Source of the DNA: Puccinia triticina
Lineage: Eukaryota
NCBI GenBank assembly: GCA_026914245.1
Contig: CP110439.1
Coordinates: forward strand, 5,084,001 to 5,148,000
DNA: 64,000 bases
Direction: 5' to 3'
The translations under genes were made by a program, and so were the position numbers. Positions within the stretch are counted from its first letter, which is position 1. The number at the start of each line of letters is the position of its first letter. Positions 24,231 to 36,169 of the stretch are shown in pieces. The notes under the pieces are model-generated. The model was given only the letters and a program-made list of their open reading frames with translations, was not told where the DNA came from and searched no databases.

Positions 24231-25059
24231 GGGACCGTGGAGGGAGCGGATGGTCCTTCAAGGAAGCCAGGATGACAGAGTGTCCGAGGGCGAGTGCTGC
24301 ACTCTGCACGTACCAGCTGGAGACACGTTCTTGGGTGTTTGGTGAGCTCAATACCGGGTTTCTGGAAGATGCACCCGGTTTTTGTGCTTGGGAGAGGGGG
24401 GAGTGACAGACAATGACAAGGGCAGGAGAGCTCGAGTTCATTGGGGTGGTGTGGAGCATGTACTCCCTTGAATGGTTGGTCCCTCTCTCAGTCATTTACA
24501 TAATTCATTTTTTCATGTGCATTTCTTAATTAGAGGGGTATGCCACATATGGCATTAATCTCCAATCACCAAAAGCCAAATTGGGATTTAATTAGGCAGA
24601 AGAGAAAACCTTAAAGGGCCAACAAGAGATTCAAAAGACACTGTTTTTAAAAAAAGATAGAAAAATAACAAAAGACAATGGTGAGAAGCTACCTATGTAG
24701 GATTGGAGCTAAGATGGCAACAATCAGCTGGGATAGATTAAGGATATTGGGGAATGAGTTGAATATTTTATAATTTGTGAGAAAGGAACCCTACGGTTAT
24801 TTTTGATATTCTCTCACGCGAGAATGTTGTTGTTAGTTGTAAGCCCCGCTTGCACCTATGGCTTGGCGGTGCCGCGTGCTTTGTTACGCTTGATTGTTTC
24901 TATGTTCAAGCATCAAAAGACTGAGCATAAGGTATGTATCTATTTTTTTTCAAACATTTGTGATCTATTTCTGTTTAATTGATTGAATGTACATACATAA
25001 AAACCTGCAATCCAAGAAGCCCTGAGGAAGCAATCTCAGCCTGTCAGGCAATGTCCCCA

Positions 25060-25222
25060 AGTACAAATACCCATTGGTCCCAGTGAGATTTTCAGAGTGT
25101 CCCAACTTTTATACCCGCAAATACCCAACAGGTATTTTTTGAGAAAAACACTTCCGGCCCCAAACCCATTGGGTCGGATAGCCGGGTATACCCGTCAACC
25201 CCAGTCCCGGGGTCCAGCCCTA
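25060..25222. mobile_element. hAT-like terminal remnant
   Basis: ACCC/GGGT subterminal repeats ending CCAGCCCTA; a similar decayed end (CCAGCTTTA) lies at 28230-28648. Confidence 0.4.
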
Positions 25223-25759
25223 CCTCAGACTCACTCTTGCATAAATTAAACAATGTCAATGGAATCAACCAGTGTTTGATTCTTGCATGAGGCACAGCTT
25301 GCCTTGAGCTCTTGCATCTCAACTGCAAACAGTTTCTAGATTTTTTCTTGCAGTGGTTGGTTCTAGATTCTTGGGTATATGCAGGACGGCTGGTGACAAA
25401 GCCGAAGTGTGGTGAAGGTGAAGTATACATACATAGTGAAAAGTAGTTTACACAAGAAGGGAAAAGTGGGATGAATGAAAAGCAGAGGAAGAAAAAGAAA
25501 ACAGAGAGGAAAATAAGTACAATAAAAAGTATTCTACACACAAGAAGAGAAAAGCCAGTGAGCAGATAAGAGAAATGAAAAATAAATGATAACAAATGGA
25601 ACCCAGATTTCTCAAAGCTTTGTCCAGCAAGTTGTGGGGCTCATAATTAAGCTGCTGCAGTTGGCATGGGTAGAAAATTGAAATTTAGCAATATCCTTTG
25701 GAGGTTGGCAAGGCACCATGACTTACATTAAGTCACATCCTTGAGTCCTGGGCAATTTT

Positions 25760-27303
25760 GGCACACTCCTATTACCGAGTGTGCTTTGGCACACTACTAT
25801 TACGGAGTGTGCTTTGGCACACTCCTATTACGGAGTGTGCTTTGGCACACTCCTATTACGGAGTGTGCTTTGGCACACTCCTAGAACGGAGTGTGCTTTG
25901 GCACACTCCTAGAACGGAGTGTGCTTTGGCACACTCCTAGAACGGAGTGTGCTTTGGCACACTCCTAGAACGGAGTGTGCTTTGGCACACTCCTAGAACG
26001 GAGTGTGCTTTGGCACACTCCTAGAACGGAGTGTGCTTTGGCACACTCCTAGAACGAAGTGTGCTTTGGCACACTCCTAGAACGGAGTGTGCTTTGGCAC
26101 ACTCCTAGAACGGAGTGTGCTTTGGCACACTCCTAGAACGGAGTGTGCTTTGGCACACTCCTAGAACGGAGTGTGCTTTGGCACACTCCTAGAACGGAGT
26201 GTGCTTTGGCACACTCCTAGAACGGAGTGTGCTTTGGCACACTCCTAGAACGGAGTGTGCTTTGGCACACTCCTAGAACGGAGTGTGCTTTGGCACACTC
26301 CTAGAACGGAGTGTGCTTTGGCACACTCCTAGAACGGAGTGTGCTTTGGCACACTCCTAGAACGGAGTGTGCTTTGGCACACTCCTAGAACGGAGTGTGC
26401 TTTGGCACACTCCTAGAACGGAGTGTGCTTTGGCACACTCCTAGAACGGAGTGTGCTTTGGCACACTCCTAGAACGGAGTGTGCTTTGGCACACTCCTAG
26501 AACGGAGTGTGCTTTGGCACACTCCTAGAACGGAGTGTGCTTTGGCACACTCCTAGAACGGAGTGTGCTTTGGCACACTCCTAGAACGGAGTGTGCTTTG
26601 GCACACTCCTAGAACGGAGTGTGCTTTGGCACACTCCTAGAACGGAGTGTGCTTTGGCACACTCCTAGAACGGAGTGTGCTTTGGCACACTCCTAGAACG
26701 GAGTGTGCTTTGGCACACTCCTACAACGGAGTGTGCTTTGGCACACTCCTACAACGGAGTGTGCTTTGGCACACTCCTACAACGGAGTGTGCTTTGGCAC
26801 ACTCCTACAACGGAGTGTGCTTTGGCACACTCCTACAACGGAGTGTGCTTTGGCACACTCCTACAACGGAGTGTGCTTTGGCACACTCCTACAACGGAGT
26901 GTGCTTTGGCACACTCCTACAACGGAGTGTGCTTTGGCACACTCCTACAACGGAGTGTGCTTTGGCACACTCCTACAACGGAGTGTGCTTTGGCACACTC
27001 CTACAACGGAGTGTGCTTTGGCACACTCCTACAACGGAGTGTGCTTTGGCACACTCCTACAACGGAGTGTGCTTTGGCACACTCCTACAACGGAGTGTGC
27101 TTTGGCACACTCCTACAACGGAGTGTGCTTTGGCACACTCCTACAACGGAGTGTGCTTTGGCACACTCCTACAACGGAGTGTGCTTTGGCACACTCCTAC
27201 AACGGAGTGTGCTTTGGCACACTCCTACAACGGAGTGTGCTTTGGCACACTCCTACAACGGAGTGTGCTTCGGCACACTCCTACAAAGGAGTGTGCTTTG
27301 GCA
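25760..27303 (+). repeat. Tandem array of 55 x 28-bp palindromic units
   Basis: GGCACACTCC-[6-nt loop]-GGAGTGTGCTTT; loops TATTAC x4, TAGAAC x30, TACAAC x20, TACAAA x1. Confidence 0.97.
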
Positions 27304-27898
27304 AGAGGTGGATGTACTAGTGGTTTGAAATAAACGGAAGGGATGGAGAACGTCCGGGAGGACAAGATATGGAGAATGAAGCAGTGAAAAATATTTAAAT
27401 TTGAGGGGAAAGACGGATGAGGAGGGGATGGGAGGCACTTGCCACATCACCTCCCTATTTATGTGGATGATGCGCTGCATCAACCCCTCACTCCGGCCAG
27501 AGGAAGCAGGAAAGGTGTGTGCTTCAAGGGCAACCAACATCCTGCAGCGGGCACTTGGACGCTTTCCGCTGCCCCTTCCTTCTGCTCACAGGGATCTTGC
27601 CAAAATCACCTCCCAGCAAGCCGCAAGGATCAGGGACAACGTGCTGAGGCCCGTGGCAGGAAGGTCAAAAGCGCGTGTCCTGGAGTAATTGTTGCGGGAA
27701 AGCCAAAGAGATTATAACTGGGTGGGTAGAACGGTGTACATAGACGGGGCACTTTGCTTTGTTTTGAGTCTTCCAGCGCCTTGAGCTGCTTGCCTTGATG
27801 AGGGGCTGCTCAGCCGGAGCGAGCGGATGCTCATCTCACCTGTATGCAGCAGCAACCCGCTTGCCGCCAGACCATCCCTGGCTGCCACTCTGCCCACT

Positions 27899-28080
27899 GG
27901 CACACTCCGTAATAGGAGTGTGCCAAAGCACACTCTGTAATAGGAGTGTGCCAAAGCACACTCTGTAATAGGAGTGTGACAAAGTACACTCCGTTCTAGG
28001 AGTGTGCCAAAGCACACTCCGTTCTAGGAGTGTGCCAAAGCACACTCCGTTCTAGGAGTGTGCCAAAGCACACTCTGTTC
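27899..28080 (-). repeat. Inverted short array (~6.5 units) of the same 28-bp repeat
   Basis: GGAGTGTGCCAAAGCACACTCC with GTAATA and GTTCTA loops on the + strand. Confidence 0.95.
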
Positions 28081-28648
28081 TTCTTGAAGGTTTTGTATCT
28101 TCTGATCCAGAGGGGTGTAAGGTGTGTTGTCCATGGTGTCCTGTGTAGTTATGGCCTTAGAATCCAGTGTTGCCGCCATATTGGTTGATTTGAGTGTACA
28201 TGTGAGAAAAAAAGGAAACAGTGAAATGGGCTAGATGGGTAATCATAAAGCATACCACACCAGGTGTTTGGGCAGGGGTCAGCCTTGTCCCAAACCCAAG
28301 ATCCAAAACCACCCGGGTGGAATGGGGTCCACCCAGGTGGTCACATTTATTTTTTTACTGTGCCTCTGGGCTGAAATCTTCAAGTTATCTGTCCTTGACA
28401 CCATACAAATTACCCATAGTGGGGATGCGCTTGCCCCATCAGAGAATTGAGGTCAAAAAGCCTTGCTTAACCTACCAGCCCGTCAATCAGCCTCCCAAGC
28501 CTCCCAGGTCTGTTCATTGGACCTTCCAAAGGCTCAAGCCCATCCAAATGACCTTGAAAGCCCACTGCCAAACCACCCGAGTGTTTGGGTGGGGTGTTGG
28601 CCTCATCCCAACCACCCACACTTGGGTACTTTTTGGGTGCCAGCTTTA

Positions 28649-30375
28649 GTAGGGAGCAGTGATGTGATGAATAATCCCATGATCTTTGAAGAACTGCTCA
28701 AACTCATTGGAACAAAATTCTCCTCCACCGTCAGCAACACTTACAACATTCTTGATAGTTGAATCATGAAAGTTGTTTACTTCTTTAAGATAATGAGAGA
28801 ACTTTTCAAATGCCTGAGATTTGGCAGACAGTATATACACGTGTTTATAGGTCCTAGGAGGAAAAGGCATCCGTGATTTTAAAATATTCAAGGCAACCAC
28901 TGATTGTGGCGGGAGTGATCTTCCCACTTAGATCTATGTATATAAATTCTAGAACACCACAAGGTTGAGGAAGAGTACCAGAGAAGGGAAGACATTGGGA
29001 TTTGGAAAGCCTACACGAGTCACAAGATAAAGTGGAAAATTCCACATCAAACATTATTTTCAGAGCTTCAGCGCTTGGATGACCGGCTTGTCTGTGTAGA
29101 AGTTCAGAGTCAGCAGCCAAAACCTTCAGGGATATGTTGGAATTTGACTGACCAAAGTAGCATTGATTGAGAGAATTTTCCCTTCAACCAATCTGTTGAA
29201 AAGTGTTGATCCATTGGATTGATCAATGACCCCAAAAAATCTGAACTTTGTCAAACAAGATCACACTCAGCCACAAAGAGTTTTCCAAAGCTAAAGAGGG
29301 AATGAGATAATTGAGGAAAGTGAAGTGCTTTGAACCAGTGTTTGTTGCCACTAGTGTTCTTGAGTTTGATTAAACCTGATCCAATGATTAGAAGACTTTT
29401 ACCATCTGCTATTGAGACGAATGATGAGAACAGGGAATAGTTAAAGAAATACTCTTTGTTGGGAAATATATGATTGGAACAACCACTATGCAAGAAGATT
29501 TATTTGTTGACTGAAATAAATGAGTACGCAAACTGAGATGATCAACAATGATACGCTTGAGCGCCGTTGGGAATGTCAAAGACAGCTGCATGTGCTTTCT
29601 TCTTGGCTTGCTGCTTCTTTGAGTTCTGAGTGAAGTTGATAGCAGTGGGCTTCTGAATGGCAAGTCTTTGGGTTGTGAACTCCATTTTCACAATAGGCCA
29701 TGTTAGCTTTCATGGATGATTTGGTCTTGACTGCTGGATGTGGTGTGTCTTCCTGAGTGTCCAGAATCTTGGAATTGAGTTGAGCACACACAATTTCAAG
29801 GGTCAATGGCTGATTAGTGAAAATAATTTCCTTGGTGTTGGTGTATGAGGACCGTATCTTGCTCATGATTATTTTGGCTAAGGGATTTTCATTGAATGTT
29901 GGTTCTGTTGGAAGCAGAACTCAAATGGTCATGCCTACTGCTTGAATGTTGGCCACACCAGTGTCAATGGCTGACATGTAGCTGCTGAGGTTGACTTGGA
30001 AGGGAATTTTGAGAAAGTTTTGATAAAATTTTGATTACTTTTGGACAGTCTTTGTTTCAAAATGATTGTAAAGAATTTTTGGGCTTGTTGTTGATTCTTG
30101 TCCATGAAAAAACAAGCTTGATTTGTGACCCATGTATCAAACAAGGACTCTGGCGGCAATGTGTTTTTGGTTGGTCCAGATTTCAGCTTCAGCAATGTGT
30201 TTTTGGTTGGTCTAGAGTTCAGCTTGAGCTCCTGTGGCAGTTGCCGCTTTGTTGGAAGCAAGATAGGCTGCACATGATTTTTTTGCACAGTATGAGTGAA
30301 TAACAGCCTTCCAATCTTTGAAGTTGGAATCAGTTAAGGTTGGAAGACTAGACAAGGTCTTGTTGTTGGACATGG
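28649..30375 (-). mobile_element. Degenerate Ty1/Copia 5' part (gag, protease, pre-integrase, integrase core)
   Basis: SGCSNHIF protease remnant; LLHRQAGHPS...CDSC; FIYIDLSG; DGGGEFCSNEF...HGIIHHITAPY; frameshifted. Confidence 0.88.
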
Positions 30376-30431
30376 TGATGAACAATGAGTGATTGAGTTG
30401 AAAGTGTTTTTCCAGTGCTTAAGCGCAACCT

Positions 30432-30443
30432 GGGCTCATAACC
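30432..30443 (-). promoter_or_regulatory. Copia primer-binding site GGTTATGAGCCC
   Basis: Lies between the putative LTR and gag; matches the known initiator tRNA-Met anticodon-arm (half-tRNA) PBS type of Ty5/copia. Confidence 0.75.
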
Positions 30444-31123
30444 TATAAGACAAAAATTCTTTGTGATGAAGGGGTGGTGTTAGACACAAACAGAAATGCA
30501 GCAACAACAACACTCAAGAAGAACCAACCTTTGTGATGAAGGGGTGGTGTTAGACACAAGCAGAAATGTGGTGACAATGACACTCAAGAAGAACCAACCT
30601 AAAGGATGTGACAATGTAAGGAAAACAGCACAAGGAGATATCAAGAAGATGAAAACAGACCTGAGATGGCAGTCAAAGAGGATCAGCAAGAGACACAAGT
30701 TGATGATTGGTTAGAGAACCGTTACAAAGGACTAAAGTAGTGGTTTATATACAATCATCTAGGTTTAATAACAAGTGCAGACTGCAGAACATATGTGTAA
30801 GAGCCCAAGATAGGGCTCTTCACTGGCAAGGGACCGGGACGGGAAAGGCAATGCCTTGGAACAACTTATAGAACCAACGGATCTTGATTGCTTGGGACCT
30901 AGCTCAGGAGAGATGGAAGGAAAATCTCTGTCAGGACTATCTACAAGGGTTCTGGGAGGGAGGAGAAGGAGGAAACTGGACAGACTCACCTAGCTCAGGA
31001 GAGATGGAAGGAATATCTCTGCTGAGCTAGGAGGGACAGGGGGACTGCTGGACTAAGTACGGGTCTGGATGGGATCCTGTGCCAAGGGGGGGGGGGGGGG
31101 GTCACAATATGCGACTATCATCA
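30444..31123 (-). mobile_element. Putative 5' LTR of the Copia element (outer end uncertain)
   Basis: Abuts the PBS; TATA-like TATATAAA on the - strand near 30750; internal direct duplications; no matching 3' LTR found. Confidence 0.5.
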
Positions 31124-31799
31124 GACACTAAGAAAGGAAACCTCTGTCCAATAATATCTATGCTTTGGATGCAAACCAACTCCCATGCTCCAGGCAAAAT
31201 AATTTAGAATTTGGAAGCAGCAGACTCTGCTCCAATCATGCTTCTTGTTCCCAAGTTGAGATTTTGAATTTCCATGAACCTACCATCCAGGGTGATATGA
31301 CCTGCAAACCCGTAGCCAACTGTCCCAAAACAGAAACAAAAATCTCTTGGCCAGCCACGTTCCATCTCTTCATCCATTTTTTTAAGTTAAAAGAAGACTG
31401 TTGGGGGAAGAAAACACAGAGAAACAGAACTGAAGACATCCCTCACCCAAGGAGTCACAGCAAGTATCAAAAACGGGAAAAGAAAACAGGCATCAATGCC
31501 CAGTTCTTGTTCCTGATGCGAGAAATGAAATTCAGGGTGAAGGCAAGGAGACCCCAAACCAAGATTTTCATGCTCGAGGTTCACATTTAGCCGGACCCTT
31601 GCGTACAAAGCTGGTTCTCGCCCGCAAGTGCTTGCGAGGAGGATCGGGCAAGCCAGCTCAAAAAGAGCACAGCGCGTCCACCAAGACCGGGATCGTTTTC
31701 GGTGGGCGTCCGCTTGGACGTGCACTGGCGCCGACAAAAATAAAGGCTGCTCTGGACGTTGCGGGGATACTGCACCGCGCGGGACAAGAGCTAAAAAAT

Positions 31800-31879
31800 T
31801 GCGCCGTCGGGGATTCGAACCCCGGACTAAAGCTGATCCCGATGGAAGGCTTCAATGCTAACCACTACACCAACGGCGC
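31800..31879 (-). tRNA. tRNA-Gly(TCC) with 8-nt intron
   Basis: GCGCCGT/ACGGCGC acceptor stem, D-loop AGTGGTTA, anticodon TCC (31846-31844), intron 31842-31835, GTTCGAATC T-loop, T6 pol III terminator. Confidence 0.93.
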
Positions 31880-33054
31880 CTGTTTTCGCTCTTCGATGCA
31901 GTGTGTATTCAGCCGCCGGACCAGTGCGATGTTGGAAGTCAAGGGCACCGAGGCCTCGCAAGCTCCCGCCCTCTTCCGACCCCGGCGGCCCCGAGCCAAT
32001 GCGGCAGGGCCAGTGTTTGTGGATCACGTCTGGCTGGCAGTGCGAGCTCTCGGCGCGGCTCCAGCGCCGGGCCGGGCTGCCGAATCGGCCGGGCTGTCCG
32101 GGGTGCAGATGATGTATATACGTGGATGAGCGTGGCGGATGCTCCGGAATGTTGCACAAGGGAGTACAGAATGGGCCAAGCGAGGTTTCTGCCCAGAGGC
32201 CCCCCTTCACAGCTGTGCGGTGAAGGGCGGGCGGGGGCCCAGGAAGGGCCGCCGTACTCGAGGCCGGCCCAGGCAATGGATGCCGCCGAAGTCGCGAGGG
32301 GTCATCGAGAGGATGGAGGGAACGAGAAAGAGCGTGGCACAGCAAGCAGCTTCCTGCGGAGGAGACATCGCTTCCTGGAAGAGCCCCAGAGGACCCTCAC
32401 AGAGCTACGCTTCTCGAGAGATGTAGACAGCGAGTATTCACACATAGAGGGGATGTATGGCTGAGGAAAAGAGGCCAAGAGGGGAGGGAAAAACAAGCTG
32501 GAGCGGGAGATTCGCGGACGGAAGGGTGCTGGGTGTTGTAAACAAGGAGGACTGATCGGGGGCGGACACGGGCGGGATCACTAGGACGGGCCGCGATCGA
32601 CGTGTCCCGGGCGTTGGCGGAGGCGGAGGAGGCGCGAAGAGGACGAAGGAAAAGGGAGAAGGATCATGGGCGTCAGTGCGTTGTTGGGCTGGGCGGGACG
32701 GGGAGGCAGACGCGGCGGGACTCGTGACCCGGCCCGGATCGCCGGCAGCTCGCTGGGCCATGCCGGCCCCTGTGCGGGGCGCTCTTGCTCTGTCAAGCCC
32801 GGGTGGAGGCCACATGCCCGACTGGGAACAAAGCTCCGCATATATATTCCCAAGAGGATAGCATAGAGGGGGAAAAAAATGATGGAGCTCTGGGTAAACA
32901 GAGGGCGGCTGGGAGGCCATGTATGGACAGTGTGTCGGGACTCTTGTGTGTAGAGATGTGTGGACGAGCGCCGGGGATTGCAGCGGGGGCCGGAGGTGTA
33001 TAGGCTAGATGTGGAGTAAACGGGTGGGGGAAAGAGGAGAGGAAGAAGGGAAAG

Positions 33055-34482
33055 TCAGGGAGATACCAGTTCATCACGGCGCGCGGAGCGGTAGCCGTCG
33101 AGGAAGGGCTCGAGGCCGAGGTATTGGACGAGGACGACCTGGGAGATCAGGGACCATTCGAGGATCGTCTGCAGGTCAAGCGCCGAGCGGTCGTCGTGGA
33201 TGGTGTGCCAGACTTGGGGGAAGGGCGCGGCGATGAGATGGAGGACGGGGACGCCTTGCTTGAGGAACGGCAGATGATCGTCTGGTAGAACGACGGCTCG
33301 ATCAGGATGGGGGGGGGGGGGGGGGGGGGGGAGAGAGGGCCAGCAGGAGGGGTCGGGGCTGACCTTCTATGGATCCGAAGGCGACGGGTTGGCCGGGCAG
33401 TCGCTTGACGAAGAACGGGCTGCGGGCGCGGAGTCTCTGGAGCGAGTTCGCGGGCAGATGGCTGGCCACGGAGGGCAGAGAGGGGAAGCGGGCGAAGAGG
33501 GAGGCGTGGACGAGCCGGGCCTCGGCGCTCACGAAGGCGTCGAAGAGCCAGGCCGTGTCCTCAAAGAAGTGGTGGATCTGCGGCTGCGGACTGCCCAGGA
33601 GATCGTAGAGGATGAAGCTGTCGATCTGGTCGAGCGAGCGCAGCTTCTTCATCGTCGCCGTTGGCGTGCGGAGGGGCTCGGCCCATTTGGAGGCTAATGC
33701 TCTTCTCTCGCACAGACATCAGTTTACACACACATGGGTGTTACGGAGGGGGAGAGAGAGATTGACCTTGCACCATACAGCGAGTCGGAGTCGGACCATT
33801 CCTGGAAGGCTTCTTCGCCGTCGAGGAGGACGACCTGGAGGGTGATGCGTTCGGCGGCAGCGGCGGGGGAGGCGAGATCGTGGCGGAGTTTCCTGTCGAG
33901 GAGGGGGGTGAGGGCTTGCGCGAGCTGGAGGATGATGGCGACGGGGGCGGCGCTGTCGGTTGCGCCGACGAAGAGGCTGTGGGGCGGGGTGGGGAAGAAC
34001 TTGGAGTCGATGTGGGCGGCGAGGACGAGTCTTCTGGGGGCGGAGGGGTCGTGGGTGAACACCTGGTTCTCGAAGGTCTTGAGGCCGAGGGGGGTCTGGG
34101 TCTGGAACCGGTGCGCGTCGAGGGCCCAGGAGCGGATCTCGGTGAGGGGGACGGGGGAGTAGGCGGGCGGGGAGCGGGCATTGGCGAAGAGGTTGGCGGC
34201 GGGCGGGACGGCGAAGACGGCCTGGAGGGTGCGGAAGTGGGCGGCGAACAGGGCCCGGCAGTCGCTCAGGTTGCCGCTCTCCACCGGCCGCGGGACCAGG
34301 ATCCGGGAGAGCAGCGACTCCGCCCGGTGGAAGTTCAGCACCCCGCCCGGGTCCGACAGGTTGAAGATCAGCGGCAGCGAGTCGTCGTGCACCGGCCGGG
34401 GGTAGCCCGCCGAGTGGGCCGGATGCAGGAGGACGAGCAGGGCCAGCCCGAGCAGCAGTGCTGGCGTGGACTTCGGCGGCAT
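33055..34482 (-). CDS. Glutaminyl-peptide cyclotransferase (peptidase M28 family)
   Basis: Exons 34482-33767, 33701-33364 and 33281-33055; signal/anchor peptide; LAAHIDSK, GATDSAAP, LDGEEAF, SLYGAR, DLLG, IEDDHLPF, PFPQVWHT. Confidence 0.93.
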
Positions 34483-36169
34483 CGGGGTGTGTCCGGCGAG
34501 GGCGAGGGCGAGGGCGAGGGTGGGGCTCGGCGTGTGCGGCGGGAGTGGATGGTTCTGGGCCAGGCGCCGAGGAAAACGAGGACACAGTTCACGGCACCCC
34601 GGGGGGGGGCGGGGCATCCACCGCCGCGCTCGCAGCCGGTACCTCAATGGCTCAGCCCAAGAACCGCAAAGGAGTCCCCGCTCAGCACCGACCTGGAAAC
34701 ACCGCTTGATGGCTTGCTTCACTCTTCATCCAACTCACCCAGGGGAGTGGCAAGGCAGCAGAAGTTTCCGCTTTCTGAATTCCTAGACTACAACGGCGGG
34801 TGAATGAATTGCTTGACGGTTTTCTGCTTTGCTTGCTTGTATTGATGCATCATGTCTTCTTGATTATTACAGGAAAACTGAACCCCTGCTTTCTCAAAAC
34901 TGGTGTGGAAGCATGCTAAAACCCTTTACAACATGAAGGCTCTGCGTGATATCCCCACCCTCGTTGTGGACATTCCATACATTTCTGGAGAGCTTGCACT
35001 GCACCTTTTTGAAAGGGTTGATGAGGTGGACCAAAATACACCATTACTTGATGAGGCCAACAATGAGGGGAAGTTTGTGGGATGGCTTATACTTGTAATT
35101 AAGCTTGTCTCTGTGTCCTGCAGATCCAGTGCTCCAGCACCATGCTGACCTCAGTCTCTGTCAGGCTTGGGGATGCCAAGAATTCCTCTTCTAGCTAGAC
35201 CGGCAACGGTGCTATGGAGCACCCAGACTTAGTGCAAAAACTTAACAAAGAACTAAAGTTATGTTTGGTTAGTTTAAATTTAACGGAGGGGCCACTAAAA
35301 GTGGGGTATTTAAGTGCCCTCCGGAGTACCACAGGGCCTGCTGAGCAGGTTGATTTTAAGTTGTCTGGGACCCTAATATGGGATGAATTTATGAGCTATA
35401 GAAGTTCTCAGGAATATTGGAATCTAATTCCAAGAGTATTAAGAGATTCTTGAGAAAAGATAAGGAAAGAGCAAGGAATCTGAAAGAAAAAATCTTTGGC
35501 AAAGGTGGGCTGGCAAACTGGTCAGGGTAGACAAGGGCAATGCAGAAGTTAGCTAAGATAATTTGACAATTCTGGGGGACCTTCACTTGCTCTAAGGCCC
35601 ACCTCTTATAATCTATTCCTTTCCTTGTGTGTCAAAGGATCAGTAATGAATTGATTTGCCTGTTACCAAGTATCTGGGTCTCTTGGCCAGGGCTAAGCTT
35701 GGTAGATCTTTTGATTCATGGTCTGCACACAAGATCAAGACCACACTTGCTTCTAGGAGGTACACAAGGGTCAATAGCCCTCTGTATTTGGGTTCAAATC
35801 TCTGGGGATTGAGATCACTCTCAAATACCCTTGGGGGGGGGGGGGGGGGGCAGGAAGCTTTCCTCAGGGCTATACCAAGAAGCTTATCATAACACTCACT
35901 GAACAACTCTCAAAAGCAGATCCTGGTAATTAATACAGTATCATACTTATGGACCTTCCAGAATGATTTCCAAATGTGTGTTCTTATCCTGGCTGGTAGA
36001 TTTGCTGTTGCCATTGTTGTGTATTTCATATCCATTGAGTTTTCCCTCCCATTGCCATGGAGTTGGAATCAAGCAAAGAAGCAGACATGGTGTGTGATGA
36101 AGTTAATCAGAAAATCAAGAAGCTTCTGACCACAATCAACAAGCAACTCACCACCACCAAGAAGCAACC

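Noticed and set aside
25760..27303. CRISPR array
   Set aside because: No unique spacers, no cas genes, eukaryotic context; units are directly abutting 28-mers
26647..27333. Three overlapping 205-228-aa ORFs
   Set aside because: Artefact of the stop-free TACAAC repeat block being open in all three frames
33055..33080. C-terminal RDEL ER-retention signal on glutaminyl cyclase
   Set aside because: RDEL is followed by VSP before the stop; the possible splice after it does not place a stop directly
33719..34803. Long antisense and alternative-frame ORFs over the glutaminyl cyclase gene
   Set aside because: Shadow ORFs caused by very high GC; only one frame carries M28 motifs
34870..35450. Exon-like fragments upstream of glutaminyl cyclase
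   Set aside because: Stops in each frame and no recognisable domain
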